Assembly: GCA_963674825.1 (NCBI GenBank) | Contig: OY771587.1 | Coordinates: 2,464,001-2,528,000 of the forward strand | Source of the DNA: Candidatus Cloacimonadales bacterium | GTDB lineage: Bacteria; Cloacimonadota; Cloacimonadia; Cloacimonadales; JAIOQZ01 | DNA: 64,000 bases | Direction: 5' to 3' | Part shown: positions 55,809 through 64,000 of the stretch, piece after piece | Position numbering within the stretch: the first letter of the stretch is position 1 | How the letters are laid out: each line of letters starts with the position of its first letter | Translations under genes and position numbers: made by a program | Notes under the pieces: model-generated | What the model saw: only the letters and a program-made list of their open reading frames with translations | Database searches by the model: none | What the model was told of the DNA's origin: nothing

Positions 55809-56360
55809 ATGAAGAAAGAAGAACTCATCCGGATATCCAAAGCGGAAGCGCTCCAGAACTACCAGGCCGTGATGCCGTCCAACAGCGGTGAGGCGATTGA
55901 AAAATACCTGGCGCCGTTTCGCGAGCTGCTGAATAAAAACGGCAACACCACCATGTTTCAAAACTGCGAGAACGGCTACGCGTGGTGCGCTGTGTTCGTT
56001 CACTACTGCATGCTTCAGGCAGGCTACAATATCCCGTTCCAACCAATCCCCGGAAAACCGACGATGGCACTGGTCAGGACATGGTACGACTGGGCGATTC
56101 TGCCCGAAAACAACTTCTGGCGCGAACCATCCTCCTACCTGCCTCAGCCCGGCGATCTGGTGGTGTTCCGGCAGTTGCTCGAAGGCCAGAAAGACTACTG
56201 CCACATCGGCGTTGTGATCGAAGTCGATGCACAGGCGAAAGCGCTGCTTTCTGCAGAAGGAAACGTCGTATTCACGCTCCCTGACGGCTCTACAGGACGC
56301 CGCACCGAGCTCAAACAGCGTGCCATGAATCACACCATACAGGGATATATCGTGTTCTGA
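55809..56360 (+). CDS. CHAP-domain amidase/peptidase
   Basis: AWCAVFV, PQPGDLVVF, HIGVV and EGN motifs. Confidence 0.8.
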   Translation: MKKEELIRISKAEALQNYQAVMPSNSGEAIEKYLAPFRELLNKNGNTTMFQNCENGYAWCAVFVHYCMLQAGYNIPFQPIPGKPTMALVRTWYDWAILPENNFWREPSSYLPQPGDLVVFRQLLEGQKDYCHIGVVIEVDAQAKALLSAEGNVVFTLPDGSTGRRTELKQRAMNHTIQGYIVF

Positions 56361-56455
56361 TCGGTTCGATCGTGAGTGTATTTCAGGAATTCATTGACGA
56401 AACGCGTACATGATGCCACCATTGCTTATCGAATCATCTGATAAAAGGAAACGGT

Positions 56456-57742
56456 ATGCGCATCGAACTACGGAATTGCACACGAATCCATCCCGGGAAG
56501 ACGGGCTTGACGCTCGTTCAAGGTCCAATTTATATCAAAGACGGCAATATCGTCGAGCAACTCGATACCGTCGATCGGATCATCGATTGCGGCGGACGAA
56601 TCTTGCTGCCAGGGCTGGTCAACGCGCATCATCATATCTATTCCGCACTCGCGAAGGGTATTCCCTCTACCGGGCCGCTCAACGACTTCCAGGGCATCCT
56701 GGATAAGCTCTGGTGGCGGTTAGACCGTACCTTGAACGAAGAAGACATCATCCTCTCCACCGCTCAGACGATGGAAGACTGTATCCGATGCGGCGTTACC
56801 ACCGTATTCGATCACCACATCTCCAGCTCGTTTATCGACGGTTCATTGGAGCGCATGGGCGAGGTTTTCGACGCCTACGGACTCAACGGTGTGCTCTGCT
56901 TCGAGATCTCGGGGCGCAACGGTCGTGAGGTATTCCGGCAATCACTTGAAGAGAACATCCGGTTTCGTGCAAACGCCAAGGGCAATCTGCGCGGCATAAT
57001 CGGGCTGCATGCATCTTTCACCCTGACGGATGAGCAACTCGACGAGATTTCCTCCCGGATCGACGGCGCCCCCATCCACATCCACGTAGCCGAAGCCGCG
57101 GACGATATTCGCATTACCCGCGAGATAAGCGATATGGGGATCATCGAACGGCTCGAGAAACATGGACTGCTGACACCCAATTCGCTTCTCGTCCACTGCA
57201 ATTTACTGGATGAAAGCGAGATGCGCAAGCTGGCAGAGCTGCCATTATTCGTTGTGCACAACATCGAATCCGCCATGAACAACGCGCTCGATATCGGCAA
57301 TATCCACAAGATGATCGCGCTGGGCATGCATGTGGCGGCAGGAACCGACGGCATGAGCTCGAACATCCTGAAAGCGTTACGCACGAGCTTCCTCTATACC
57401 AGACAGCTAAACCGCAATCCCGACATCGGATACGCCGAATTCCAGTCCATGCTTCTCGAGAGCTGGCGCATGAAAGAGGCCTATGGTTTCCAACTCGGCG
57501 TAAATCCGGGCGAGAAAGCCGATCTGGCAGTCTTCGATTACATCCCGGTAACGCCGGTGCACGAAGGCAACCTGGTGGGGCATCTGCTCTTTGGCGTGGC
57601 GGAATCAGCAGCGCGCTGGGTGATCAAGGATCGTGATATTCTGCTGGATGACGGCAGGCTGGTTTGCGACTTCTGCGAAGACCGCCTGGAGAAGAATCGC
57701 ACCATCGCGGAACGATTACACGAACGATTTACAACACAATAA
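56456..57742 (+). CDS. ssnA: SsnA-like amidohydrolase (purine/nucleoside deaminase family)
   Basis: PGLVNAHHHIYSALA, WWRLDR, GVTTVFDHH, GLHASFTL, HIHVAE and GTDG motifs. Confidence 0.8.
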   Translation: MRIELRNCTRIHPGKTGLTLVQGPIYIKDGNIVEQLDTVDRIIDCGGRILLPGLVNAHHHIYSALAKGIPSTGPLNDFQGILDKLWWRLDRTLNEEDIILSTAQTMEDCIRCGVTTVFDHHISSSFIDGSLERMGEVFDAYGLNGVLCFEISGRNGREVFRQSLEENIRFRANAKGNLRGIIGLHASFTLTDEQLDEISSRIDGAPIHIHVAEAADDIRITREISDMGIIERLEKHGLLTPNSLLVHCNLLDESEMRKLAELPLFVVHNIESAMNNALDIGNIHKMIALGMHVAAGTDGMSSNILKALRTSFLYTRQLNRNPDIGYAEFQSMLLESWRMKEAYGFQLGVNPGEKADLAVFDYIPVTPVHEGNLVGHLLFGVAESAARWVIKDRDILLDDGRLVCDFCEDRLEKNRTIAERLHERFTTQ

Positions 57743-57757
57743 CATTAGGATAAAGCT

Positions 57758-60700
57758 ATGATAGGAGAACGAGTTATACGAATTGACGGCGAAGCGAAGG
57801 TACGGGGACGAGCCCAATTTGGCGACGACCTGAATCTTCCCGGTATGCTATATGCAAGCTGCCGTTTTGCCGATATCACCTGCGGGAAAATCACCCGGAT
57901 CGATCTTTCCAAAGCAAAGGAAGTCCCCGGTGTGGTGCGAATCGCGATGCACGACGATGTCCCGGGAAAACCAACAATCGGGCTCATCCGGCAGGATCAA
58001 TACCCGCTCGTAGACGACCGCGTCTATTACCAGGGTGATGTGATCGCGATTGTGGCCGCGACAACCCTCGAAGCCGCGCGTAAGGCGGCGGAGGCGATTG
58101 AAGTCGAATACGAGGCAGAAGAAGGTATCTACGATATCGAAGAAGCCTACAAGCCTGGTGCAAAGCTGATCCATCCCGAATACGAGACCAACGTCGTGGT
58201 GCACTATCCGCTGCGGAAGGGCGATGTGGAGAAGGGTTTTGCAGAGTCTGATCGCGTAATGGAACGGACCTACCGCACCGGCTATCACGAGCACGCCTAC
58301 ATCGAGCCGGAGACAGTCGCGGCCGAGTCTGATATCAATTCGGGCGGCGTTCGGGTCTATGGCTCGATCCAGAATCCATATAATACGCGCGGAATTCTCG
58401 CTGGGTTCCTCGGCGTCCCGCTGAATCGCGTGAACGTTCTCGCTTCGGTTCTGGGCGGAAGCTTTGGCGGCAAAGACGACACAGCCACCGCGATGGCATG
58501 TCGTGTAGCGCTACTGGCGCTCCTTACCGAGAGGCCCGTCAAGCTTACTTATCGCCGCGAAGAATCCTTCCGCGAAAGCTACAAGCGTCATCCCTACATT
58601 TTACGCTATAAGGTGGGCTACAACACCGACGGCAAGCTCACCGCCATGAAAATCGACATCCTTGCCGATTCAGGCGCGTACTCCTCACAGACTTTCTTTG
58701 TCAACTGGCGTTCCGTCGTTCAGGCGACAGGTCCCTATGTGGTCCCCAATGTCCACACAGATATCCGCGGAGTCTACACCAACAATGTATACACTGGTGC
58801 GTACCGTGGCTTCGGTTCGCCGCAGATCATTTTTGCGCAGGAGACGCTCATGGACGAGATCGCCGCCGAATGCGGACTGAGCCCGACGGAGATTCGCGAG
58901 ATCAACGGCTTCAAAAACGGCTCCAAGACAGCTTCCGGTCAAGCGCTGGATGGTCATGAAGTGTCCGTGCTTCAGGTGATGAAGCGCGCTGTGGAGAAAT
59001 CGGATTTCCAGCGGAAACGCGAACAATACATCCAGAAGGAAGACGACCGCTATCGTTACGGTATCGGGCTGGCTATCAGCCATCGTGGATGCTCGCTAGG
59101 CGCTGAAGGCACCGATGCCGCAGCCGCAGTAGTTTCCATGCAGCCCGACGGCTCGGTGTATGTCATCACTGGACTTACCGAGAACGGGCAGGGCCTAAAG
59201 ACCACGTACTGCATGATCGCGGCGAAGGAACTGGGCGTAGAGCTCTCCGATATCGTTTTTCTGGATCCTGAGACAGCAACCGTCACCGATAGTGGCGCGA
59301 CGGTCGCGTCGCGCGGAACGCTCATGGGGGGTAAGGCGGTGGAAGTCGCGGCCAAAGAGGTCAAGAAGCGGCTCTTCGGTTCCGTGAAGGAGCACTTCGA
59401 AGCGGAGACTCCGGACGATCTCGTCTGGAAGGACGGCATGATTCACCGCGAAGGCTATGAATCGCTGGCAATGAAAGACGTCGCGAAAAAGACAGCCTTC
59501 TCTGGTGTGAATCTCTCGGCCTATGGCTGGTACCGTATGCCGGACGCCGAATGGCACCATCATACCGGCCAGGGACGCGCCTATAACACGTTTGTCTATG
59601 GCTGCCAGGTAGCGGAAATCCGCGTGGAGAAATCAACCGGCAAGCTCGAAGTATTGAAAATCACCGCCGTGCACGATGCTGGCACGATCGTGAACCGAAC
59701 CGGTGCCGAAGGCCAGGTCTATGGCGGTGTCGCGCAAGGTATGGGCTATGGTATGCTGGAGGACTACAACGTCCAGAACGGCGTGCTGAAATCCGAGAAC
59801 CTCGACGAATACCTCATTCCTACAGCAATGGATGTTCCCGATATCGATGCGGAGTTCATCGAAAATCCGGACGACTACGGTCCTTCAGGCGCGAAATCGC
59901 TGGGCGAGCCAACCCTCGAACTGACTGCAGCCGCCGTGAACAACGCCTTTGCTCACGCCATGGGAAGGCCGAGTGATTCCATTCCCATCAACCTTGAGAA
60001 AGCACTTATCGGCAAGCCCCTCAATAAACCGCATCGCAGCAGCGAGACTGGCGAAGCGAAGAAGCTCAGGCTGGGTAATCTGAGCGTCGAGCAACCCGCG
60101 ACCATCGCAGAGGCACTCGATATGAACCGTGACCAGGCAGCACGCTATCTTGCAGGTGGAACAGACCTGCTCGTACAACTGCGAAACTCCGCGAAGTCCG
60201 CAAGGCTGATCGACCTGAGTCGCATCCCAGAACTAACCACCTTTACACATAAAAGGATCGGGTCGGGCGTTACATTCACGAAGCTGTTGCAAGATACGGA
60301 ATTGATGGCTAAATATCCCGTGCTGCGGGAAGCGATCAGCCGTATCGGCGCGTTGCAGATCAGAAACCGTGCCACCATCGGCGGAAACATCGTCAACGCT
60401 GCGCCTTGTGCCGACTCCGTGCCGCCGTTGATTCTCTACGATGCAAAGCTGCGCATCGTTGGCCACGATGGTGAAAGGGAGGTAAACGCGGCAGATTTCG
60501 TGCGAGGAGCATACAGAACCGCGCTCAAGCGAGGTGAAATTCTGGAATCGATTCTGCTACCTGAGCCTGAGGGGAATTTCCTCTGGGCGTACTACCAACT
60601 TGGCCGGCGCAACGCCATGAACATCACGCGCATGAGCTGTGCAATCACGGCGAAGCTCGATTCGAGTGGCATCATCGAAGGTTGCCGGATCGTGCAAGGA

Positions 60701-60919
60701 TCGCTTCTGGCGAGGCCGGGAAGGTTGCTCGAGGTAGAGAAGGCGATGACAGGCCAAAGCCCGATTCATGGCCTCACAGATGATGCCGAAGCAGTGCTCA
60801 GAAAGATTCTGGAGAACGAGATTGGCGGACGCTGGTCGTCAGAATACAAGATCCCGGCGTTCATAGGGATGGTAAACGATCTCTTCCGCGAACTGGCAGT
60901 GAAAGGAGGGCTGAGATGA
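57758..60919 (+). CDS. Xanthine dehydrogenase-family Mo-binding subunit fused to the FAD-binding subunit
   Basis: HAYIEPE, GGSFGGK, AYRGFG, ASRGT and KSLGEP (Mo part), then LAGGTDL, QIRNRATIGGN and APCADS (FAD part). Confidence 0.88.
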   Translation: MIGERVIRIDGEAKVRGRAQFGDDLNLPGMLYASCRFADITCGKITRIDLSKAKEVPGVVRIAMHDDVPGKPTIGLIRQDQYPLVDDRVYYQGDVIAIVAATTLEAARKAAEAIEVEYEAEEGIYDIEEAYKPGAKLIHPEYETNVVVHYPLRKGDVEKGFAESDRVMERTYRTGYHEHAYIEPETVAAESDINSGGVRVYGSIQNPYNTRGILAGFLGVPLNRVNVLASVLGGSFGGKDDTATAMACRVALLALLTERPVKLTYRREESFRESYKRHPYILRYKVGYNTDGKLTAMKIDILADSGAYSSQTFFVNWRSVVQATGPYVVPNVHTDIRGVYTNNVYTGAYRGFGSPQIIFAQETLMDEIAAECGLSPTEIREINGFKNGSKTASGQALDGHEVSVLQVMKRAVEKSDFQRKREQYIQKEDDRYRYGIGLAISHRGCSLGAEGTDAAAAVVSMQPDGSVYVITGLTENGQGLKTTYCMIAAKELGVELSDIVFLDPETATVTDSGATVASRGTLMGGKAVEVAAKEVKKRLFGSVKEHFEAETPDDLVWKDGMIHREGYESLAMKDVAKKTAFSGVNLSAYGWYRMPDAEWHHHTGQGRAYNTFVYGCQVAEIRVEKSTGKLEVLKITAVHDAGTIVNRTGAEGQVYGGVAQGMGYGMLEDYNVQNGVLKSENLDEYLIPTAMDVPDIDAEFIENPDDYGPSGAKSLGEPTLELTAAAVNNAFAHAMGRPSDSIPINLEKALIGKPLNKPHRSSETGEAKKLRLGNLSVEQPATIAEALDMNRDQAARYLAGGTDLLVQLRNSAKSARLIDLSRIPELTTFTHKRIGSGVTFTKLLQDTELMAKYPVLREAISRIGALQIRNRATIGGNIVNAAPCADSVPPLILYDAKLRIVGHDGEREVNAADFVRGAYRTALKRGEILESILLPEPEGNFLWAYYQLGRRNAMNITRMSCAITAKLDSSGIIEGCRIVQGSLLARPGRLLEVEKAMTGQSPIHGLTDDAEAVLRKILENEIGGRWSSEYKIPAFIGMVNDLFRELAVKGGLR

Positions 60920-61383
60920 AACGTATCCAATTGAATGTGAACAGTATAGATCATGTAATCGAAGTAGAGGACAATCGCAGATTACTGGATGTTCTGCGCG
61001 AAGACTTGGGTCTCACCGGTACCAAGGAAGGCTGCGGCATCGGCGAATGCGGAGCCTGCACGGTGATTCTGAACGGTGAAGCGGTTAATTCATGCCTGGT
61101 CCTGGCGGTTCAAGCCGATGGCGGAACCATACTCACGGTGGAAGGGCTGGAGCAGGAGGGCGAGATGAGCCGCCTGCAGAAAGCGTTTCTGGAGCATGGG
61201 GCGGTTCAGTGCGGCTTTTGCACACCTGGCATGTTGATGTCTTCCAAAGCACTTCTTGACCGCAATCCGCATCCCTCCGAAGCGGAGATTCGCGAGGCGA
61301 TCGCCGGTAACCTTTGTCGCTGTACTGGCTACAAGCAGATTGTGGAAGCTGTCGGGGCTGCCGCGAACGAGCTGGACGCATGA
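60916..61383 (+). CDS. xdhC: Xanthine dehydrogenase-family 2x[2Fe-2S] subunit
   Basis: GCGIGECGAC, QCGFCTPG and GNLCRCTGY motifs. Confidence 0.88.
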   Translation: MKRIQLNVNSIDHVIEVEDNRRLLDVLREDLGLTGTKEGCGIGECGACTVILNGEAVNSCLVLAVQADGGTILTVEGLEQEGEMSRLQKAFLEHGAVQCGFCTPGMLMSSKALLDRNPHPSEAEIREAIAGNLCRCTGYKQIVEAVGAAANELDA

Positions 61384-62720
61384 AACTGCTAAAGCGGGTG
61401 CGTATCCCGCGAAACAATCGCACGAAAGTCGTGCATATTGCTTATGACCGGATTATTCATGCAATATATAGCGAGCTCCCGGACGAATCCGAATTCGAAG
61501 AGGTTATCGATCTCAATGGAAAGATCGTATTACCCGGCTGCATAGACGCGCATGTCCATTTCAACGATCCCGGTTTCACCGAGCGTGAGGATTTCACGAC
61601 CGGTACCGCTGCCGCAGCGGCAGGTGGTATCACCACGGTCATCGACATGCCGTGCACATCGCTGCCGCCTGTGACCGATATCTCCGCGCTGCGAATCAAG
61701 CTTGAGGCAATCTCCGAGAAAGCTGTTGTCGATTACGCGCTCTGGGGCGGAATTCGTGCTAACGATTCATTCTCTGAAATGCGCATTGAGCGACTCTGGG
61801 ATGAAGGTGTTACCGGATTTAAGATCTACACCGTTTCCGGTATGGATACCTTCGCGGCACTCTCCTATCGCCAGATCGACCGAATCTTCCGTGTTTTCAA
61901 CAATTCCAGCCTGCTGTTCGCATTCCATGCGGAGGACACGGAAATCATCGGGGACGCAATCTGTGATCCCTCTGACTGGCGTAATTTCATCAAGATCCGT
62001 AGTGTCGAGGCAGAATGTGAAGCGATACGAAAGATTCTTCTCACGCAACATGATAACAGAATTCATTTCGTGCATGTCAGCTCGAAGGCCGGTGCGGAAA
62101 TGATCCTCGAAGCCAGACGCAATGAGCATGATGTAACCTTCGAGACCTGTCCGCACTATCTGGAATTTATATGGAAGGATTACGCGCAACTCAAAGGTAA
62201 GCTAAAGACGGTTCCGCCGGTCAAGCGGGATACCGATCGCAGGGCTTTACGGCAGATGGTAGCCAGCGGAGACGTCGATTTCATCACCACCGATCACGCT
62301 GGTGTCGATTATGCGCAGGGCAAGGATATGGTGCGGTTTGAGGACATCTATTGCGGTATTCCCGGAACGCAGACGATGGTGCCGTATATCGTCTCGGAAT
62401 ACTACGTCCGGCGAGGTGTGCCGCTTCAAACAGTGGCAAATCTGCTATCCACGAATGCGGCGAAACGTCATGGACTCTATCCGCGCAAGGGAGCTCTGGA
62501 AGTGGGATCGGATGCGGATTTCACGGTTATCGAGCTGGATGTGGATGAGGTATTCGACGAATCAAGCCTGCGCAGTAAAGGCAGATACAGTCCTTTCAAC
62601 GGCAGGAAATTCCCGGCAGTAGTTGACCAGACCATTGTTCGAGGTAGAACAGTCTATTCCCGCGCGAATCCAGAGCGGATCAAACCCGGTTACGGGGAGT
62701 GGATCCGTCGAACTACGTAG
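61380..62720 (+). CDS. Allantoinase/dihydroorotase-family cyclic amidohydrolase
   Basis: PGCIDAHVHFNDPG, GGITTVIDMP, FK, HAED, ETCPHYL and TDHA motifs; start ATG 61380. Confidence 0.8.
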   Translation: MKLLKRVRIPRNNRTKVVHIAYDRIIHAIYSELPDESEFEEVIDLNGKIVLPGCIDAHVHFNDPGFTEREDFTTGTAAAAAGGITTVIDMPCTSLPPVTDISALRIKLEAISEKAVVDYALWGGIRANDSFSEMRIERLWDEGVTGFKIYTVSGMDTFAALSYRQIDRIFRVFNNSSLLFAFHAEDTEIIGDAICDPSDWRNFIKIRSVEAECEAIRKILLTQHDNRIHFVHVSSKAGAEMILEARRNEHDVTFETCPHYLEFIWKDYAQLKGKLKTVPPVKRDTDRRALRQMVASGDVDFITTDHAGVDYAQGKDMVRFEDIYCGIPGTQTMVPYIVSEYYVRRGVPLQTVANLLSTNAAKRHGLYPRKGALEVGSDADFTVIELDVDEVFDESSLRSKGRYSPFNGRKFPAVVDQTIVRGRTVYSRANPERIKPGYGEWIRRTT

Positions 62721-62725
62721 TCTCT

Positions 62726-62959
62726 GAGCAACTCTCTATTGGATCGCCAAGCTCCTGCTTGGCATTCCCCTTGAGCAACTCTCTTTTGGATCGCCAAGCT
62801 CCAGCTTGGCATTTCCCTTGAGCAACACTCTATTGGATCGCCAAGCCCCAGCCTGGCATTCCCCTTGAGCAACCCTCTATTGAAGCGCCAAGCTCCAGCC
62901 TGCATTCCCCTTGAGCAACTCTCTTTTGGATCGCCAAATTCCAGCTTGGCATTTTCTTG
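62726..62959. repeat. Five tandem ~47-bp REP-like palindromic repeats
   Basis: Units start at 62726, 62773, 62820, 62867 and 62913; consensus GAGCAACTCTCTATTGGATCGCCAAGCTCCAGCTTGGCATTCCCCTT. Confidence 0.9.
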
Positions 62960-63018
62960 AAGTAACCAAGCGTACATATCTCTCATGTACGCCGGCACCT
63001 CGCCAATTCTACCCTCTA

Positions 63019-63459
63019 TTATTGATCGATCTTGTAGTCGAGTGCCTTGAGCGTCAGGCTGATATCCTTGATGTAGAACAACAGAGAAATGATCAGCGAG
63101 ACCAGGCAGAGGAAGAACTCAACCACGATGATGATGGTAATGGGCAGCCTGTAGAGCTGAGAGATGAACAACGTGATGATAATAAGCGCCGCCATCAACA
63201 CCGAACCAATCATCAATATAATGCCCGACCTCAGATTTTTTGCCCGTTTGTATAAATTTTCAATCTGCATGTGCAGTACGCGCTCCATTTCTGGTTCTAC
63301 GACCTTTTTCTCGTCGGTCAGTTGCCGAACGCGGTCAATCACACGAGCAATGCGGTTTGTCATGGAAAGCAGTAACAGCCCGATACCGGAAATCAACACC
63401 ACCGGCGAAATGGACGACTGCATGAGTGACGAAAGTTCCTGAATGCTATCGACGTTCAT
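63019..63459 (-). CDS. DUF2721-like membrane protein
   Basis: ISPVVLISGIGLLLLSMTNRIARVIDRVR motif; 3 TM helices. Confidence 0.75.
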   Translation of the reverse strand: MNVDSIQELSSLMQSSISPVVLISGIGLLLLSMTNRIARVIDRVRQLTDEKKVVEPEMERVLHMQIENLYKRAKNLRSGIILMIGSVLMAALIIITLFISQLYRLPITIIIVVEFFLCLVSLIISLLFYIKDISLTLKALDYKIDQ

Positions 63460-64000
63460 CGATCCTCCTCTTTATGGCGCGAATCGTTTCGGCGTCCGTT
63501 CCGCAACAGCCACCGACCATTCTCGCTCCCAGTTCGATCGCTTTTTCTACCCATTCCGCGAATTGTCCAGCCGAAAATGGGTAAATCCCTCTCTGAGGTA
63601 TTCCCGCGTTGGGTTTGTACACGATTGGAGTATTGGGAAAAAGTTTGCAGAGCGATTCCACATAGCGTAGCATCTCCTGTGGACCGTTTCCGCAATTAAC
63701 GCCGATCGCTGTTACACCGGCGTCCAGCGCTGCTTGCGCACACCGAATCAGGTTCTTTTCAACAGGTGAGAAGGTGCAAACGATGGGCAATGTTGACGCG
63801 TTACGGCATGCTTTTACGGCGATAGCTGCCTCGTCAGGATCGCGCAAGGTTTCGATAGTGAGTATATCCGCGCCGCTTTCGCTGAGGATCAATGCTTGTT
63901 CGTGCCAGGCGTCGAAGCTGATTTCGGGATCAAGACAGGTAGGGCCTATTGTTCCGCTGACCAGCCGGCTGGGTCCTGCAGCATTCCGGGAGATCTCAAC
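63446..64000 (-). CDS. Homocysteine S-methyltransferase domain protein (5' partial)
   Basis: Frame is open to the window end; GTIGPT, IET, GVNC, PNAG and GGCCGT motifs. Confidence 0.88.
   Translation of the reverse strand, partial: VEISRNAAGPSRLVSGTIGPTCLDPEISFDAWHEQALILSESGADILTIETLRDPDEAAIAVKACRNASTLPIVCTFSPVEKNLIRCAQAALDAGVTAIGVNCGNGPQEMLRYVESLCKLFPNTPIVYKPNAGIPQRGIYPFSAGQFAEWVEKAIELGARMVGGCCGTDAETIRAIKRRIDERR

Noticed and set aside
62726..62959. CRISPR array
   Set aside because: The whole 47-bp unit repeats with no unique spacers, and there are no cas genes in the window.
62690..62998. 102-aa repetitive ORF on the minus strand
   Set aside because: It is simply a translation of the DNA repeat; the 47-bp period is not a multiple of 3.

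Overview
Chromosomal segment (no rRNA, integrase or transposase seen) from an anaerobic diderm bacterium; the MGQQQ pilin-like genes and Mrp-Mbx complex suggest an FCB-superphylum/Cloacimonadota-like lineage (inference). From left to right: a Cu/Zn resistance operon (csoR-copA-copZ-CDF); a SiaABC-like phosphatase/kinase/switch operon whose output is a multi-PAS histidine kinase rather than a diguanylate cyclase; TPR/PAS kinase and HDOD genes; a 12-gene Mrp antiporter/complex-I-like (Mbx-type) operon ending in a NuoI-GltD fusion; TetR, YihY, a TPR sigma54 activator with an adjacent sigma54-promoted target gene, a large outer-membrane protein, tsaE, tRNA-Arg(CCG), amtB and two sigma54-driven pilin-like paralogs. 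The most notable element is a compact, intact-looking 10.3 kb phage-virion operon (42361-52619): scaffold, BPP-1/epsilon15-type capsid and cement protein, neck, tail tube, frameshifting tail chaperone, very short tape measure, tail tip/fibres and lysis genes. It has no terminase, portal, integrase, repressor or replication genes and sits directly behind a near-consensus sigma70 promoter, so it is a candidate domesticated GTA-like or capsid-plus-tail particle system, although a deleted prophage remnant cannot be excluded. The right end holds pstS, a TPR protein with a HisKA domain but no ATPase domain, a CHAP amidase, a purine-catabolism operon with a Mo-FAD fused xanthine dehydrogenase-family subunit, and a 5-copy 47-bp REP-like array. 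All family calls come from motif recognition by eye; no database searches were run.
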